Shown here: positions 19,661 through 30,429 of the stretch, piece after piece
How positions within the stretch are numbered: the stretch's first letter is position 1
Layout of the letters: every line of letters starts with the position of its first letter
NCBI GenBank assembly: GCA_021296135.1
Contig: JAGWAZ010000018.1
Span: 31,808-95,807 of the forward strand
DNA length: 64,000 nt
Direction: 5' to 3'
DNA from: Chlorobiota bacterium
GTDB taxonomy: Bacteria > Bacteroidota > Ignavibacteria > OLB7
Notes under the pieces: model-generated
Seen by the model: only the letters and a program-made list of their open reading frames with translations
The model's database searches: none
Told to the model about the DNA's origin: nothing
Made by a program: the position numbers and the translations under genes

Positions 19661-20836
19661 CTACGAACTATCCTCGGGAACATACGAACGAACGAATTCC
19701 CGTGTTCGTTTATCAGTATCGAAGATATCCTGCAACGACGGGTAATCGACGATCGGAATATTCTCGAGCCCTTCTGTTATCAATCGTGGAATGTCAGTGA
19801 AACCAATCCTTTTTTCCAGAAATGCGCTCACTGCAATTTCGTTAGCAGCATTTAAAATCGTTGGGGCCGTTCCATCACGTTCCAGCGATTCATAAGCAAG
19901 ACCGAGGCATGGAAATCGGCTCATATCAGGTTTCTCGAAGTTGAGAGAACCGACCGCCGCCAGATCAAGTTGCTCAAACTCTCCTGCAATTCGCTCCGGC
20001 CAGCCTAGGGCATAACGGATTGGCATACGCATGTCTGGCAAGCTCAGTTGCGCTTTGATCGACCCGTCCGTAAAAAGTACCATCGAATGAATAATTGACT
20101 CAGGGTGAACAACGACCGTGATCTTTTCAGCGTCGAGGTGAAACAATCGACTCGCTTCGATGACCTCCAGGCCTTTATTCATCATTGTTGCCGAGTCAAT
20201 CGTGATCTTCGCTCCCATCTCCCAGTTCGGATGCTTCAATGCACGCTCAGGGGTGATCTGGTCGAACTCTTCGATCGGTTTCTGCCGAAACGGGCCGCCA
20301 GATGCTGTCAGAATAATCTTTGTTAGCGAAGAGATCTCTTCTCCTACCAATGACTGGAAAACAGCGCTATGTTCGCTATCGACAGGGAGAAGTGTTGCCT
20401 TGCTTTCAGCTATTGCTTTGTTGATGAGATGACCGGCAACAACAAGGGTCTCCTTGTTTGCCAGCGCAATCTGTTTGCCGGCACGGGCTGCTTCAATTGT
20501 TGGACGCAGACCGGCAAAGCCGACCATGGCGCTCATAACGATGTCAACCTCATCCTTTGTCACGACATCAACACAGGCATCCTCACCGCAGAGCACAGTA
20601 GTCTGGTTCCCAAAGCGTCTGCTGCCTTCTTCTGCTGCCTGTTCGTTCTGTATAACGACTGCCTCCGGCTCAAACTCATTGATCTGTCTTTCCAGAAGAT
20701 CAACGTTCCGATTCGTTGTCAGAGATCGGACGCAAAATCGATCTCGGTGTTTCCGGACAACATCAAGTGTTTGCGTTCCAATAGAACCGGTCGATCCAAG
20801 TATGGCAAGAGACGAATTCAAACTTGTTCTCGGCAA
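19661..20836 (-). CDS. dxr: 1-deoxy-D-xylulose-5-phosphate reductoisomerase
   Basis: LGSTGSIGTQTL, LANKE, PVDSEH, TASGGPFR, HPNW-x-MG-x-KITIDSAT. Confidence 0.97.
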   Translation of the reverse strand: MPRTSLNSSLAILGSTGSIGTQTLDVVRKHRDRFCVRSLTTNRNVDLLERQINEFEPEAVVIQNEQAAEEGSRRFGNQTTVLCGEDACVDVVTKDEVDIVMSAMVGFAGLRPTIEAARAGKQIALANKETLVVAGHLINKAIAESKATLLPVDSEHSAVFQSLVGEEISSLTKIILTASGGPFRQKPIEEFDQITPERALKHPNWEMGAKITIDSATMMNKGLEVIEASRLFHLDAEKITVVVHPESIIHSMVLFTDGSIKAQLSLPDMRMPIRYALGWPERIAGEFEQLDLAAVGSLNFEKPDMSRFPCLGLAYESLERDGTAPTILNAANEIAVSAFLEKRIGFTDIPRLITEGLENIPIVDYPSLQDIFDTDKRTREFVRSYVPEDSS

Positions 20837-20874
20837 TAGTTTCGCTGTTCAAAAAGTGAAATGGCATGATCCCT

Positions 20875-23451
20875 TTACTTCGGCATGTACTCTTGGGTAA
20901 TATCTTCCTGTCGTCGAACTGAGAAGAAGCGGAAAATCTCCATATCGAGCGGTTCATCCGGAACAACCTTGATGCGAACAAAATATTTGAGCATCAGTTT
21001 TGTCAGTCGGCTCATGGTATCTCCTTCAGTCAAAAATTCGATGATGTGTGGGTTAGCGGTCAGAGTCAGGCGAAACTCTCGTGTTTCGGATCGAAATTTG
21101 GCCAGCCAGCCTTCGATACGGCGAAGGATTGTGCTCTTTGACTGAACGATGCCTTTGCCATTACATGTTGGACATGGCTCGGACATCGTCTGTACGAGTT
21201 GCTGGCGTACCCGCTGACGAGTCATCTGAATGATACCGAACTGTGTCATCGGGAGGGCTACAGACTTTGCACGATCACGACTCAGTTCCTTCTTTAACTC
21301 GTCATAGACTTTCTTCCGGTTTTTTTCATCGTAGAGATCGATGAAGTCAATGACAATCAAACCACCGATGTCGCGCAATCGTATCTGTCTGGCAATCTCC
21401 CGGGCCGACTCGAGGTTGATCTTCAAAGCGTTCAGTTCCTGTTCTTTCTCTTTTGCATAGCGACCGGAGTTGACGTCAATAACCATCATCGCCTCGGTCT
21501 GCTCAAGAATGATGTAACCACCGGTAGAGAGCCAGACTTTGGAGGCAAACATCTTGTCAAGCTCTTTTTCGATACCAAAGGCCTGAAAGATTGGTGCGCG
21601 TTCTCCATAGTGTTCAATCTTGTCGATGAGGGGGGGGGCTGCCCAGGTAACGTAATCGCGAATCTCCTGATAGAGCCCTTTATTGTCGATGACGACACGT
21701 GAGATATCCGGGGTAAACAGATCACGCATGACTGTGTTTGTGACCGATTGATCTTTGTACAGGAGCATCGGTGCCTTTGCATTTTTCAAACGTTCGTCAA
21801 CAGCTTTCCATCGGTCAAGAAGCATCTGGAGTTCCTGCTCGAGCATTTCGGAATCCTTATCCTGCGCAACTGTTCTGATGATGCAACCGAATCCTTCCGG
21901 CAACATCTTTCGTGCAATGCCTCGCAAGCGTCTGCGTTCCTTTGAGTCCTGCACTTTTCTCGATATACCAACTCCCGGATCATGCGGCATCAGCACAAGA
22001 AAACGACCTGGAAGAGCAATTTTGGTTGAAATCTTTACTCCCTTTGTTGCGTAGGATTCACGGGTCACCTGAGTCAAAATTTCTTGTCCCTTTTCCAGCG
22101 ATATGGTGATCTCGCCGAAGCGTTTTGTCTGAAAGGTTGGAAGCTGAGCATCCATTCTGCGCGAACGCTTAGGTTTGTCGTTCGATGTATCCCGGGTTTT
22201 TTTTGTTGAACTGTTCCTTCGGCTACTACGTCGACGTGTGGAAGTGCTGCGGGAAGATGTTGAAGATGCTTTTTTATTCGATTGCTGTTCAGTCCCTCCT
22301 TCTATTGCAGTAGTGGCGTTTGATCCGTGGCCACTACTGTCATCGCTATTCTTCCTCTTCGCCTCATTTTGACTCTCACTCCTCTTCAATTTTTGTCTGC
22401 TACTCCGGGTCTTTGGAGCGGGTCTTTCTGATTTTACATCCTTTGTTTCCTTGTCCTCTTTCTCTTCTTTCGGTTGCCTGGAAGATTTTGAGGTCCCCCC
22501 CGATCGTGAACGTCGGGACTTCGATTCTTCCTGTTTATTCTTGGTAGTAACGCCGATTGTCTCGGTCTCTTGAGAGGATTGCTCTCCAGACTTCCTGCGA
22601 GAGCTTCGGAGAGATCGCTGTGAACGTTCCCTTGAACTCTCTCTTCTCTTGCTTTGATCCCCTTCTTCCTTCTTCAGCAAGCCCTTTGTTGACTTCTCTT
22701 TTGGGGAAATGGTTTTCGACACAGCTTCACTCTCGCGTTGGCGATTTCGGGAACCACCTCTTTGCTGACTTGAGCCGGACTTCTCTTCTGTTTTCGGTCT
22801 CTGAGGCTTGTCCGGGGTCTTATTCACCGTTGCTTCCTCAGTCTCTTTCCGTGCTGCCTCTTTTGGGATGTTCCGCTTAGGTCTTGGGCGCCGAGAACTG
22901 CTCTTCTTGGCTGGACTATCGTCGGTGGTTTTCTTCTCATCTTTCCTGGGATCGGACTTCGCTCTCTTCGATTGCTCCTCGTCTGCGCCCTGCCTATCTT
23001 CTCTCCCTTCCTTGGTTTTCTCTTTGGAGGAGGATCCCTTTAAGGCTTTCTTTTGAGCTGACGGTTTCTTTTCCGCCTTTCTCTCCTCTTCCTGTTTCTT
23101 TCTCTGCGACTTGCTCTTTGTGTCGCTTTTTTTTGTCTTTCTTTGCTGAACTACTTCATCCTCGTTCTCTTCATCCTCGTTCTCTTCATCCTCGTCGGTC
23201 AAGAGCTCTGAGAAATCTTCGCCTGCCTTTGCGGCATCGGAAAAGTGAAGGAAGGCATGTTGCTCAAGACCGATGTCAACGAAAGCAGCATTCATCCCCT
23301 GCACAACCCGTTCCACACGACCAAGGTATATGGAGCCTATATGTCGTTCTTTGTCGGGCAGTTCAAGGAAAAGCTCTGCCAGGCGTTCATCTTCGGTAAG
23401 AGCCACGCGAATCTCCGTGGAGGTCGCGTTGATGATAATCTCCTTTTTCAT
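20875..23451 (-). CDS. rne: Rne/Rng family ribonuclease with a large disordered insertion inside the S1 domain
   Basis: IYLGRVERVVQGMNAAFVDIG, VIDVNSG, IARQIRLRDIGGLIVIDFID, CPTC-x-G-x-G Zn-link. Confidence 0.9.
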   Translation of the reverse strand: MKKEIIINATSTEIRVALTEDERLAELFLELPDKERHIGSIYLGRVERVVQGMNAAFVDIGLEQHAFLHFSDAAKAGEDFSELLTDEDEENEDEENEDEVVQQRKTKKSDTKSKSQRKKQEEERKAEKKPSAQKKALKGSSSKEKTKEGREDRQGADEEQSKRAKSDPRKDEKKTTDDSPAKKSSSRRPRPKRNIPKEAARKETEEATVNKTPDKPQRPKTEEKSGSSQQRGGSRNRQRESEAVSKTISPKEKSTKGLLKKEEGDQSKRRESSRERSQRSLRSSRRKSGEQSSQETETIGVTTKNKQEESKSRRSRSGGTSKSSRQPKEEKEDKETKDVKSERPAPKTRSSRQKLKRSESQNEAKRKNSDDSSGHGSNATTAIEGGTEQQSNKKASSTSSRSTSTRRRSSRRNSSTKKTRDTSNDKPKRSRRMDAQLPTFQTKRFGEITISLEKGQEILTQVTRESYATKGVKISTKIALPGRFLVLMPHDPGVGISRKVQDSKERRRLRGIARKMLPEGFGCIIRTVAQDKDSEMLEQELQMLLDRWKAVDERLKNAKAPMLLYKDQSVTNTVMRDLFTPDISRVVIDNKGLYQEIRDYVTWAAPPLIDKIEHYGERAPIFQAFGIEKELDKMFASKVWLSTGGYIILEQTEAMMVIDVNSGRYAKEKEQELNALKINLESAREIARQIRLRDIGGLIVIDFIDLYDEKNRKKVYDELKKELSRDRAKSVALPMTQFGIIQMTRQRVRQQLVQTMSEPCPTCNGKGIVQSKSTILRRIEGWLAKFRSETREFRLTLTANPHIIEFLTEGDTMSRLTKLMLKYFVRIKVVPDEPLDMEIFRFFSVRRQEDITQEYMPK

Positions 23452-23751
23452 GTGCTACAAAATTGTATGAACTAACTCCAGCAGGAGGGGGAGAAATGGA
23501 GAGCTGTAAAAAGAAGCTATCGGCGGGCGGGAGAAATCGAATCCGACTGAGAGATTTCGACCAATGGATACAACTTTTCGGAGAAACGGGTGCTTTGGTA
23601 CTACTTATGACATCCGAGCGCAACCGTTTACGTTTATAATCCGCCTTGTCGCCCTGCGCCGTAAGGCGCCTTTTCCCTTCTACTCTCTCCCTGTTCATCC
23701 CGGCAAGCATTGTACGCTTTCCCCTGACGGAGATTGATTATAGAATAAAAA

Positions 23752-23854
<103 letters not shown>

Positions 23855-23996
23855 AAAACCTTCTGAGTGTATAAATTCTTCAAAATGATGCGCATACTGA
23901 GCGCGAGTGAGAACAAATATAGCAAAGTAGAGGCAAGAAGAGTACCGGGGAACTGCTCCGGTTACAGAAGATCACGCCGGAAGGGCGAAATTTAGC

Positions 23997-26657
23997 TCAA
24001 AATTCAAATGTTCGTTCCAGGTCACGAAGCATTGAGGGGGTAAAACCGATTCTGAAGAAGATTCCCGTCCGCTGTGTTCGGGTCTGTTGCCATTCCAGAC
24101 TCATTTCCCAGTCATGCAGGTCCTTTACCAGACGGATAGTGGGGATATTGAAGCGTCCTTCAAGTACGTTGTATGATCCGCCGCTTGTAATTCGGGTTGT
24201 CGGCGTTAGTGAGAAGGAGATGTCAGGGTTGATCGTAAAGGTGGTAATTGCATCTCCGGTTGCCTGTGGAGTTATCGTATAGGTGCCACTCAGACCGATT
24301 TCCCACGGAATTCTGAACGTGTTGTTTCCCCGTACACGTTCACCATAAAAGGCCTCTCTATCGAATCCACTCCTATGTTCCACAAAGCGTTCTCGACGCG
24401 ACTCCACGGAATCACTTTGGGTGGCCAGAAAGGGGTTATCGTTAAAGCCCTGATCGCTGAACGATGTGCTGAATGTAAGCCTTGCACTTGTTACGCGAAC
24501 CCACGGGAATCCCATTCGCTGCGGGATACGCGTTCCAATTGAGTCAACGTGATACGGGTCAAGGGTGGCAGAGCCTGTAAAGTTGCCAACCCGACCAAGG
24601 GTGGTAAAGGCTGAAAGGCCAATTGTAGAGAAAGGAAAAAGGGAGTCCGCGAAATTGTACGATCCATCGAGTCTCAGATTCAGAAGGGTGATCTTTCTGT
24701 CCTCGAGTGTATCCCCCCGAGCGATTTTTGCCTCGAAGGAGTTTTCCAATTCCCATTTCAGCCTCCGTGTCTCTCCCTGGCTTGGCCTTTTAACGACGTC
24801 GTCACCAACAAAGATTGAGTAGCGCTCGATTCGATTTGTGAAAGGATTGAAGTACTCGTCGAAATATCCGAAGTCCGATTCGCTGAAGTCAGGACTATAA
24901 GTTATGCCAATAGTAGGACTCATTCTGTGACGAATGCCGTTTATTCCTAAGATTCGAGGCTGAACAATACCATACAGAGTTGTGCTTATGTCCGCGCTCG
25001 CACTGTACCAGAATGGAGTGTATAGCCCGTTAACAAATGCTGTGTCAATCTTGTCCCTGTCCGGTTGCAGAACAATGCGACGGAAAAAGATGGAAGAATT
25101 CAACGAAACAGAAGGGGTCAAGGTGAAGTATCCAAACTTCGGACTGAGTCGCACTGATGGACTGAGACCGATTCCCTGCTTCGTCGTACTCCTGAAGATG
25201 TCGGAAGTAATGGTATCTCTTCTGAACTCACGAACATATCTTGGCCTAACGCCAACCGAGAATGTGTTAAGTATCTCGGATTCATTTCGTGCAAAGGGGT
25301 ACCACGGCTGTGGATTCAGGTTGATAGTAAAGCCTTCCGGTTGAATCTCCCGGCTGACGATATTCTGAGTGCGACGATACTCAATCCCCCAGGGAAGCCG
25401 AAGACCAAACAGATCAGCAACTGACGTGATTGAGAAGTTTGATTGAATCTCCTGCGTGGTGATATCATCGATCCGATTCGGAATTTCAAAGCGGTTTGTC
25501 GTCGCCCGAATAGCATCTTCCGTTGCATATCTTAATGTCCCTCCCAGTTTCGTCTCTTTGAGTAAACGGTGTCCATGCCTGTATGTGAGCGTCCAGTTAT
25601 TCCCGAACGGTTCATCAATGTTATTCCGACTCCTGCCGTAGGTGACCGAGAGATCGCTTCGTTCAATCACACCGCGCAGACGAAAGCGCGTCCGGTTGTC
25701 GACATTGAAAAAGCCTTTGCTTGTGATGTCCGTCGTAAATCGAGTATCGAGGTAGTCGTTGATTGCCCAGAAGTAGCCAAGTCCGTTCAATTCTACTCCT
25801 CGCAGTTGGGATTGATTGAAGGAAGGGAGGATAATGCCGGACTGTCGTCCCCCACCGAGTGCAAAAAAAACGCTAATTGGAAGAGCGATCACCGGAACGT
25901 CTTCGATAGACAGTTTGAGCTGATCGGCATAAATTTTCTCATCAATGATCAACTTCGATTTCGATGCTTTGAAATAAAAGTGAGGATGAGGGGCGTCACA
26001 GGTGGTGAACAGGAGGTTCTCTCCAAAGACTGTGTTCTCCGAGACACGTTTGAACCGGTCAACATGGATGAAACCATCCTCTATAGCAATTTCAGCCTCT
26101 GAACTGACACCTCGCCCAGTCTCGAAGTTATACGTCATCGTCAACGCTGAAAGTTCTTCTCCGGCGTAGTTCAGCAACGGAACACCAACATGCTTCCCAG
26201 TGGCAGAGTCAAGGCGTGCCCTTGCGTATACTTCTTTTGTGTCCAGATCAAATTCAATGTATGCAGCCTGAAGTTTATCCTCTTCCTGCGTAACAATGGC
26301 GTTGTTGTAGAGATAGACCTTCTTCCCGTCAATGGAAAAGATGATGCTGTCCGCATCGAACGTTACCCTCTTGTCAAATCCTGACCCACCGGTGCTGACG
26401 TTGATAGAGTCAATGCCGAGCGTATCGACGACCGGAGCCTCTGTCGCATCCTGAGCAAATGTTGGCAGTATGGCAAGGGAGAACAGAGAGAGCATGACAA
26501 GGAGAAGAAGGAAAGGGGAATGACAAGAGGCGACTTGGAGGAGCACACGGTGTGCGCCATACTGGTTCTGTTGTCGTTGAATACAACTCCGATCTTCCGA
26601 CCGGATCAGTGAGAAGACAAGGGATGATAAATATGATTTCCAGGCAGTGAATCTCAT
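23997..26657 (-). CDS. lptD: LPS assembly protein LptD (Bacteroidota-type); true start probably downstream of 26657
   Basis: ADSI-x-F, FTTCDAPHPHFYF, SGIILPS, GYFWAINDY, DLHDWEM. Confidence 0.85.
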   Translation of the reverse strand: MRFTAWKSYLSSLVFSLIRSEDRSCIQRQQNQYGAHRVLLQVASCHSPFLLLLVMLSLFSLAILPTFAQDATEAPVVDTLGIDSINVSTGGSGFDKRVTFDADSIIFSIDGKKVYLYNNAIVTQEEDKLQAAYIEFDLDTKEVYARARLDSATGKHVGVPLLNYAGEELSALTMTYNFETGRGVSSEAEIAIEDGFIHVDRFKRVSENTVFGENLLFTTCDAPHPHFYFKASKSKLIIDEKIYADQLKLSIEDVPVIALPISVFFALGGGRQSGIILPSFNQSQLRGVELNGLGYFWAINDYLDTRFTTDITSKGFFNVDNRTRFRLRGVIERSDLSVTYGRSRNNIDEPFGNNWTLTYRHGHRLLKETKLGGTLRYATEDAIRATTNRFEIPNRIDDITTQEIQSNFSITSVADLFGLRLPWGIEYRRTQNIVSREIQPEGFTINLNPQPWYPFARNESEILNTFSVGVRPRYVREFRRDTITSDIFRSTTKQGIGLSPSVRLSPKFGYFTLTPSVSLNSSIFFRRIVLQPDRDKIDTAFVNGLYTPFWYSASADISTTLYGIVQPRILGINGIRHRMSPTIGITYSPDFSESDFGYFDEYFNPFTNRIERYSIFVGDDVVKRPSQGETRRLKWELENSFEAKIARGDTLEDRKITLLNLRLDGSYNFADSLFPFSTIGLSAFTTLGRVGNFTGSATLDPYHVDSIGTRIPQRMGFPWVRVTSARLTFSTSFSDQGFNDNPFLATQSDSVESRRERFVEHRSGFDREAFYGERVRGNNTFRIPWEIGLSGTYTITPQATGDAITTFTINPDISFSLTPTTRITSGGSYNVLEGRFNIPTIRLVKDLHDWEMSLEWQQTRTQRTGIFFRIGFTPSMLRDLERTFEF

Positions 26658-26692
26658 AGCTTTTGTTAAAACTTCCCCGCTACGAATTTCTG

Positions 26693-27472
26693 CTACAATG
26701 TCTCTCGGTTCATATTGCTCGGAACGTCGATTGTAAGCCGCTCATCTTCAGCAATCCCACCCCTGATCTTGTCTACCGTTACAGTCATCCTCATGTCATT
26801 GTCGTTTATCTCAATGCGTGCTTCCTCTGGGAACTTTCTATCGCCAACCTTCTTGAAAAACTTGTCGTAGATGACGAGCAGATCAGTATAAGTCCTGTCG
26901 CCAACGGTTCTTCTCTTGCTGTACTCAATGATGACCAGCTTTTCCGGATCAATCGTAAACGATTCTACTATATCACCCTGCGGAATGGTATAAATGATCT
27001 TACCATTCTCTTGTTCAACACTCATCGTTCCTGCATCCATCTCTTCTTTTGTTGGAATGTGGGGAACTTCGCACCGCATCAGCGAGATGATCTCTTGATA
27101 GTTGAGCTGCAGCGATGATGCGCGTTGAAGGGTTTCCCGATCCGGTTTCCCTTCGTAGGCGATTCCATCCTGAAAGTTCAAAAAGAGAAAATGTTCGGGG
27201 GTTGCGGCCAGGGCGCCGACTGCAACACCGAATGGACCGTTCATGACAATTTTCAGAGAATCATATCCCTTGACCAGAGCCTCGTACCAGATGGTAACCG
27301 GGGCTAACGAGACTTTCATGGTTCCTTTGATAGTGAGGTCTTGTGTTTGTCGATAACTCCCCTCAATGTTTGAAAGAACTGCATCGGCATCATGAACGAT
27401 TCCCTTTGATCCACCACACGATGCAAGCAATACCGATAGAACTAATAGCGATACAGGCAGGGTATTCTTCAT
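26693..27472 (-). CDS. DUF4292 family lipoprotein
   Basis: Lipobox LASC; DSL-x-I-x3-GPFG-x-V motif; located downstream of a TPR gene. Confidence 0.75.
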   Translation of the reverse strand: MKNTLPVSLLVLSVLLASCGGSKGIVHDADAVLSNIEGSYRQTQDLTIKGTMKVSLAPVTIWYEALVKGYDSLKIVMNGPFGVAVGALAATPEHFLFLNFQDGIAYEGKPDRETLQRASSLQLNYQEIISLMRCEVPHIPTKEEMDAGTMSVEQENGKIIYTIPQGDIVESFTIDPEKLVIIEYSKRRTVGDRTYTDLLVIYDKFFKKVGDRKFPEEARIEINDNDMRMTVTVDKIRGGIAEDERLTIDVPSNMNRETL

Positions 27473-27849
27473 TCTTTTTCAACATCAAGTTTGCTCTGAA
27501 TTCGATTGCTCTCTTCTTCAGTTCCAGTACTTAGATCAAGGGCTTGGGTTCATGCTGCCCTGGCAGTCTCCTTCTGCTCAAGGGCAAAATGGCTATTACC
27601 CAGTAACTCCAAACGATCCACCGTAGCTCCGCCTGCATCAACCACTTTCTGAAGATACGATGCTGCGGAACGATAGTCTCCACTTTGATAGTCAAGCAGA
27701 CCTTGTGTTGTGAGAAATATCTCGTTTTCCGGCTCAAAGCCCAGCGCTCGATCGATCAGTTGAGCTGACACGAAAGCATTCGATGCAAATCCGAACCGGT
27801 TCCGATTTTTGTAGCTTGCGTCAACATAACGGAAAAGCTTGATCAACAA
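27469..27849 (-). pseudogene. C-terminal remnant of a TPR protein with an in-frame TGA
   Basis: IDRAL-x-EPEN...LELLGNSHFAL...ARAA*TQALDL...EKE*; the frame continues past the TGA at 27550 to a stop overlapping the DUF4292 ATG. Confidence 0.7.
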
Positions 27850-27855
27850 AAGGAA

Positions 27856-28938
27856 ATGTTGCTCGATAAACTACAGGAAATACACAAGCGTTACGTTGCT
27901 GTCGAGCAGAGTCTGGCCAATCCAGATGTTGTAAACAACATGAAAGCGTATCGTTATGCGATGCGTGAACAGAGCCGACTTGCTCCGATTGAGGAGGCAT
28001 TTCAGGAATATGTACAGTTGATTGAAGAGATTGAAGGTGCGGAAGATCTGATTGAGTCGGCAGGTGACCCGGAGATGCGTCAGCTTGCTCGGGCTGAACT
28101 GGATGATCTCGAATTACGAAGAGAGAGTGTGGAGGAGAGAGTACGCTATCTGCTGATTCCGACTAATCCGGACGATTCAAAGAACTGTATTGTTGAGATC
28201 AGGGCCGGAACAGGAGGGGAGGAGGCTGCTCTTTTTGCAGGTGATCTCCATCGGATGTATACTCGCTACGCCGAAAACAAGAGGTGGAAGGCGGAGATGA
28301 TCGACTTTAACGAGTCTGGTATGGGAGGATTCAAGGAAATTGTCTTTCAACTTTCCGGAGAAGGTGCCTTTGGTGCGATGAAGTTTGAATCGGGTGTTCA
28401 CAGGGTTCAGCGTGTGCCGGAAACCGAAACTCAGGGGCGCATCCATACTTCTGCTGCTACAGTAGCAGTTCTGCCGGAGGCAGAAGAGGTTGATGTTGAG
28501 GTCAATCTGGCTGATATTGAAATGGATACGTTCCGTTCGGGCGGCAAGGGAGGACAAAATGTTAACAAGGTGGAAACCGCTGTTCGACTTACTCATAAGC
28601 CGACCGGGATTTCTGTTGCATGTCAGCAGGAAAGGTCACAGTTACAGAACCGAGAGCAAGCCATGAGAATGCTTCGTGCAAGGCTCTATGAGATCGAACG
28701 TGAAAAACAAGAGAGTGCGCAGGCCGCTCAACGGAAGTCGATGGTAGGGAGTGGAGACCGGTCGGACAAGATTCGGACCTATAACTGGCCTCAGAATCGC
28801 GTAACGGATCATCGACTTGAGGGTGATGTAAAGAACTATGCGTTGCAAGAAATTGTTGATGGTAATCTCGATCCGGTGATTGAGGCGTTGAAACTGGCCG
28901 ATCGGACCGAGAAACTGAAAGCCGGAGGAACGCTTTGA
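27856..28938 (+). CDS. prfA: Peptide chain release factor 1
   Basis: [17 protein letters not shown] (PxT), GGQNVNK, IRTYN. Confidence 0.97.
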   Translation: MLLDKLQEIHKRYVAVEQSLANPDVVNNMKAYRYAMREQSRLAPIEEAFQEYVQLIEEIEGAEDLIESAGDPEMRQLARAELDDLELRRESVEERVRYLLIPTNPDDSKNCIVEIRAGTGGEEAALFAGDLHRMYTRYAENKRWKAEMIDFNESGMGGFKEIVFQLSGEGAFGAMKFESGVHRVQRVPETETQGRIHTSAATVAVLPEAEEVDVEVNLADIEMDTFRSGGKGGQNVNKVETAVRLTHKPTGISVACQQERSQLQNREQAMRMLRARLYEIEREKQESAQAAQRKSMVGSGDRSDKIRTYNWPQNRVTDHRLEGDVKNYALQEIVDGNLDPVIEALKLADRTEKLKAGGTL

Positions 28939-29038
28939 TTCTCAGACGACGAGTTCCGAATGTTGAGTGTTGTCAGAAATCTGATCGGAACGTTGTTTGG
29001 AGCTCGAAAGAACGATGATTGTATGACTCAAATCCGTT

Positions 29039-30262
29039 ATGCTCTGTTCCGACATCTGGCTATCTATGAATTGTGTTTCAAGACTTCGTCTATCGCGAGG
29101 GGTGCTTGTCTCTGCTCTCCTTGTTCTCTGCTCTTGCGTATCCGCCGAAGAACGAGCTCGCGATGCTGCGCGAGAGAAGGCAGCTGCGCGACTTACAGTT
29201 GCACGCATCTATGCAGACAGTCTGCGTGTGCTGGATTCGATACGTGCGGCCAGACTTCAGGCTGCTGAAGAGGAATTCTCTGCTGTTACCTACAGGACTG
29301 TGCATATTGCAAACCGGGCGGTTCTCGATTCGATCCGTAAGGCGTTTGATTATGGCAAGTTAAAGTCGGAGCGGTATAAGACCTTTGTTACTATGAATCG
29401 TCGTGTCTTTGGGAGCGTGAGAATTGGTGATACAGTTGTTGTGCCGGACAAGATCGTCGACGATGTGCGTGCCTATTCGGTTTTTCCGCAACTTTGGATT
29501 GAGGCAGAGGAGATACCGAAGTTGATTGTAATCTCAAATGCTCAACAGTCGTATGCCTGCTATGAAAACGGGAAACAGGTGCGCTTTGCCGCCTGCAACA
29601 CCGGTACGGAGAGCAAGCCGACGCTTCCGGGTCGTTACGCAATTAACTGGAAGGAACGCTTGCGCATATCATCCCTAAATGAGAACTGGAAACTTCCGTT
29701 CAATCTCAACTTTCATCTCTTTGCGGGGAATGCTTTCCATCAATACTACATGCCGGGCCGGCCAGCCTCGCATTCGTGTATCCGTCAGTTCATCGATGAT
29801 GCGAAGTGGCTTTTCGAGTGGGCACAGGTCGGGACAAGGAATAGGGGTGGTCGCGTCATCAGATTTACCGGCACTCCCGTTATCATTATAGATATGTTCG
29901 ATTATGCCCGGCCAAAGTTTGGTCCCTGGCTTGATCTGAAAGGCAATCGTGATGAAAAGCTGGAGTTGCCCGAAGATCCGATGGGAGTTGAAGAGGCATT
30001 GATCCCGATCTCACAAATTCCTCCCTCTATTCGTGGCTTATTACCGGATCGACATAGATACAAACACGCAGAGGATACTCTTCGGGCGCGGGGTGTTATT
30101 CGTAAGGAGGCGCGTCTTGCTCCCTCTATTGAATATACCCGTCTGAAACGTGAGCGGGAGCGAAGACGGCAACAAGAACAGAATGCGGAGGAGACGAATG
30201 AGAGTCAGCCTGCGCCGTCAACTCCGGCTCCAAGCACTCCACCTTCAGCCACTGAAGAATAA
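29039..30262 (+). CDS. L,D-transpeptidase (YkuD) family protein
   Basis: AFHQY-x-PG-x-PASHSCIR catalytic motif; N-terminal signal/lipobox. Confidence 0.85.
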   Translation: MLCSDIWLSMNCVSRLRLSRGVLVSALLVLCSCVSAEERARDAAREKAAARLTVARIYADSLRVLDSIRAARLQAAEEEFSAVTYRTVHIANRAVLDSIRKAFDYGKLKSERYKTFVTMNRRVFGSVRIGDTVVVPDKIVDDVRAYSVFPQLWIEAEEIPKLIVISNAQQSYACYENGKQVRFAACNTGTESKPTLPGRYAINWKERLRISSLNENWKLPFNLNFHLFAGNAFHQYYMPGRPASHSCIRQFIDDAKWLFEWAQVGTRNRGGRVIRFTGTPVIIIDMFDYARPKFGPWLDLKGNRDEKLELPEDPMGVEEALIPISQIPPSIRGLLPDRHRYKHAEDTLRARGVIRKEARLAPSIEYTRLKRERERRRQQEQNAEETNESQPAPSTPAPSTPPSATEE

Positions 30263-30429
30263 GGAGGGTTGTGAGTTAAGGGTCAAGGATCAGAAGCCAA
30301 GGGGTAAAAGGATTCCAGGCTTTCAGCATTAGTGGATCCGGGTAGCATCAGATTGCATGTATGAAGCAATGTAAGGCCTCTGACTACCCCCGACTCTTGG
30401 ACTCTCAACTCTTCGACTCCTTACTCTTC

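Noticed and set aside
27550..27552. Selenocysteine or alternative genetic code at the in-frame TGA
   Set aside because: The position corresponds to Trp in a truncated TPR remnant, and many intact genes in the window end in TGA
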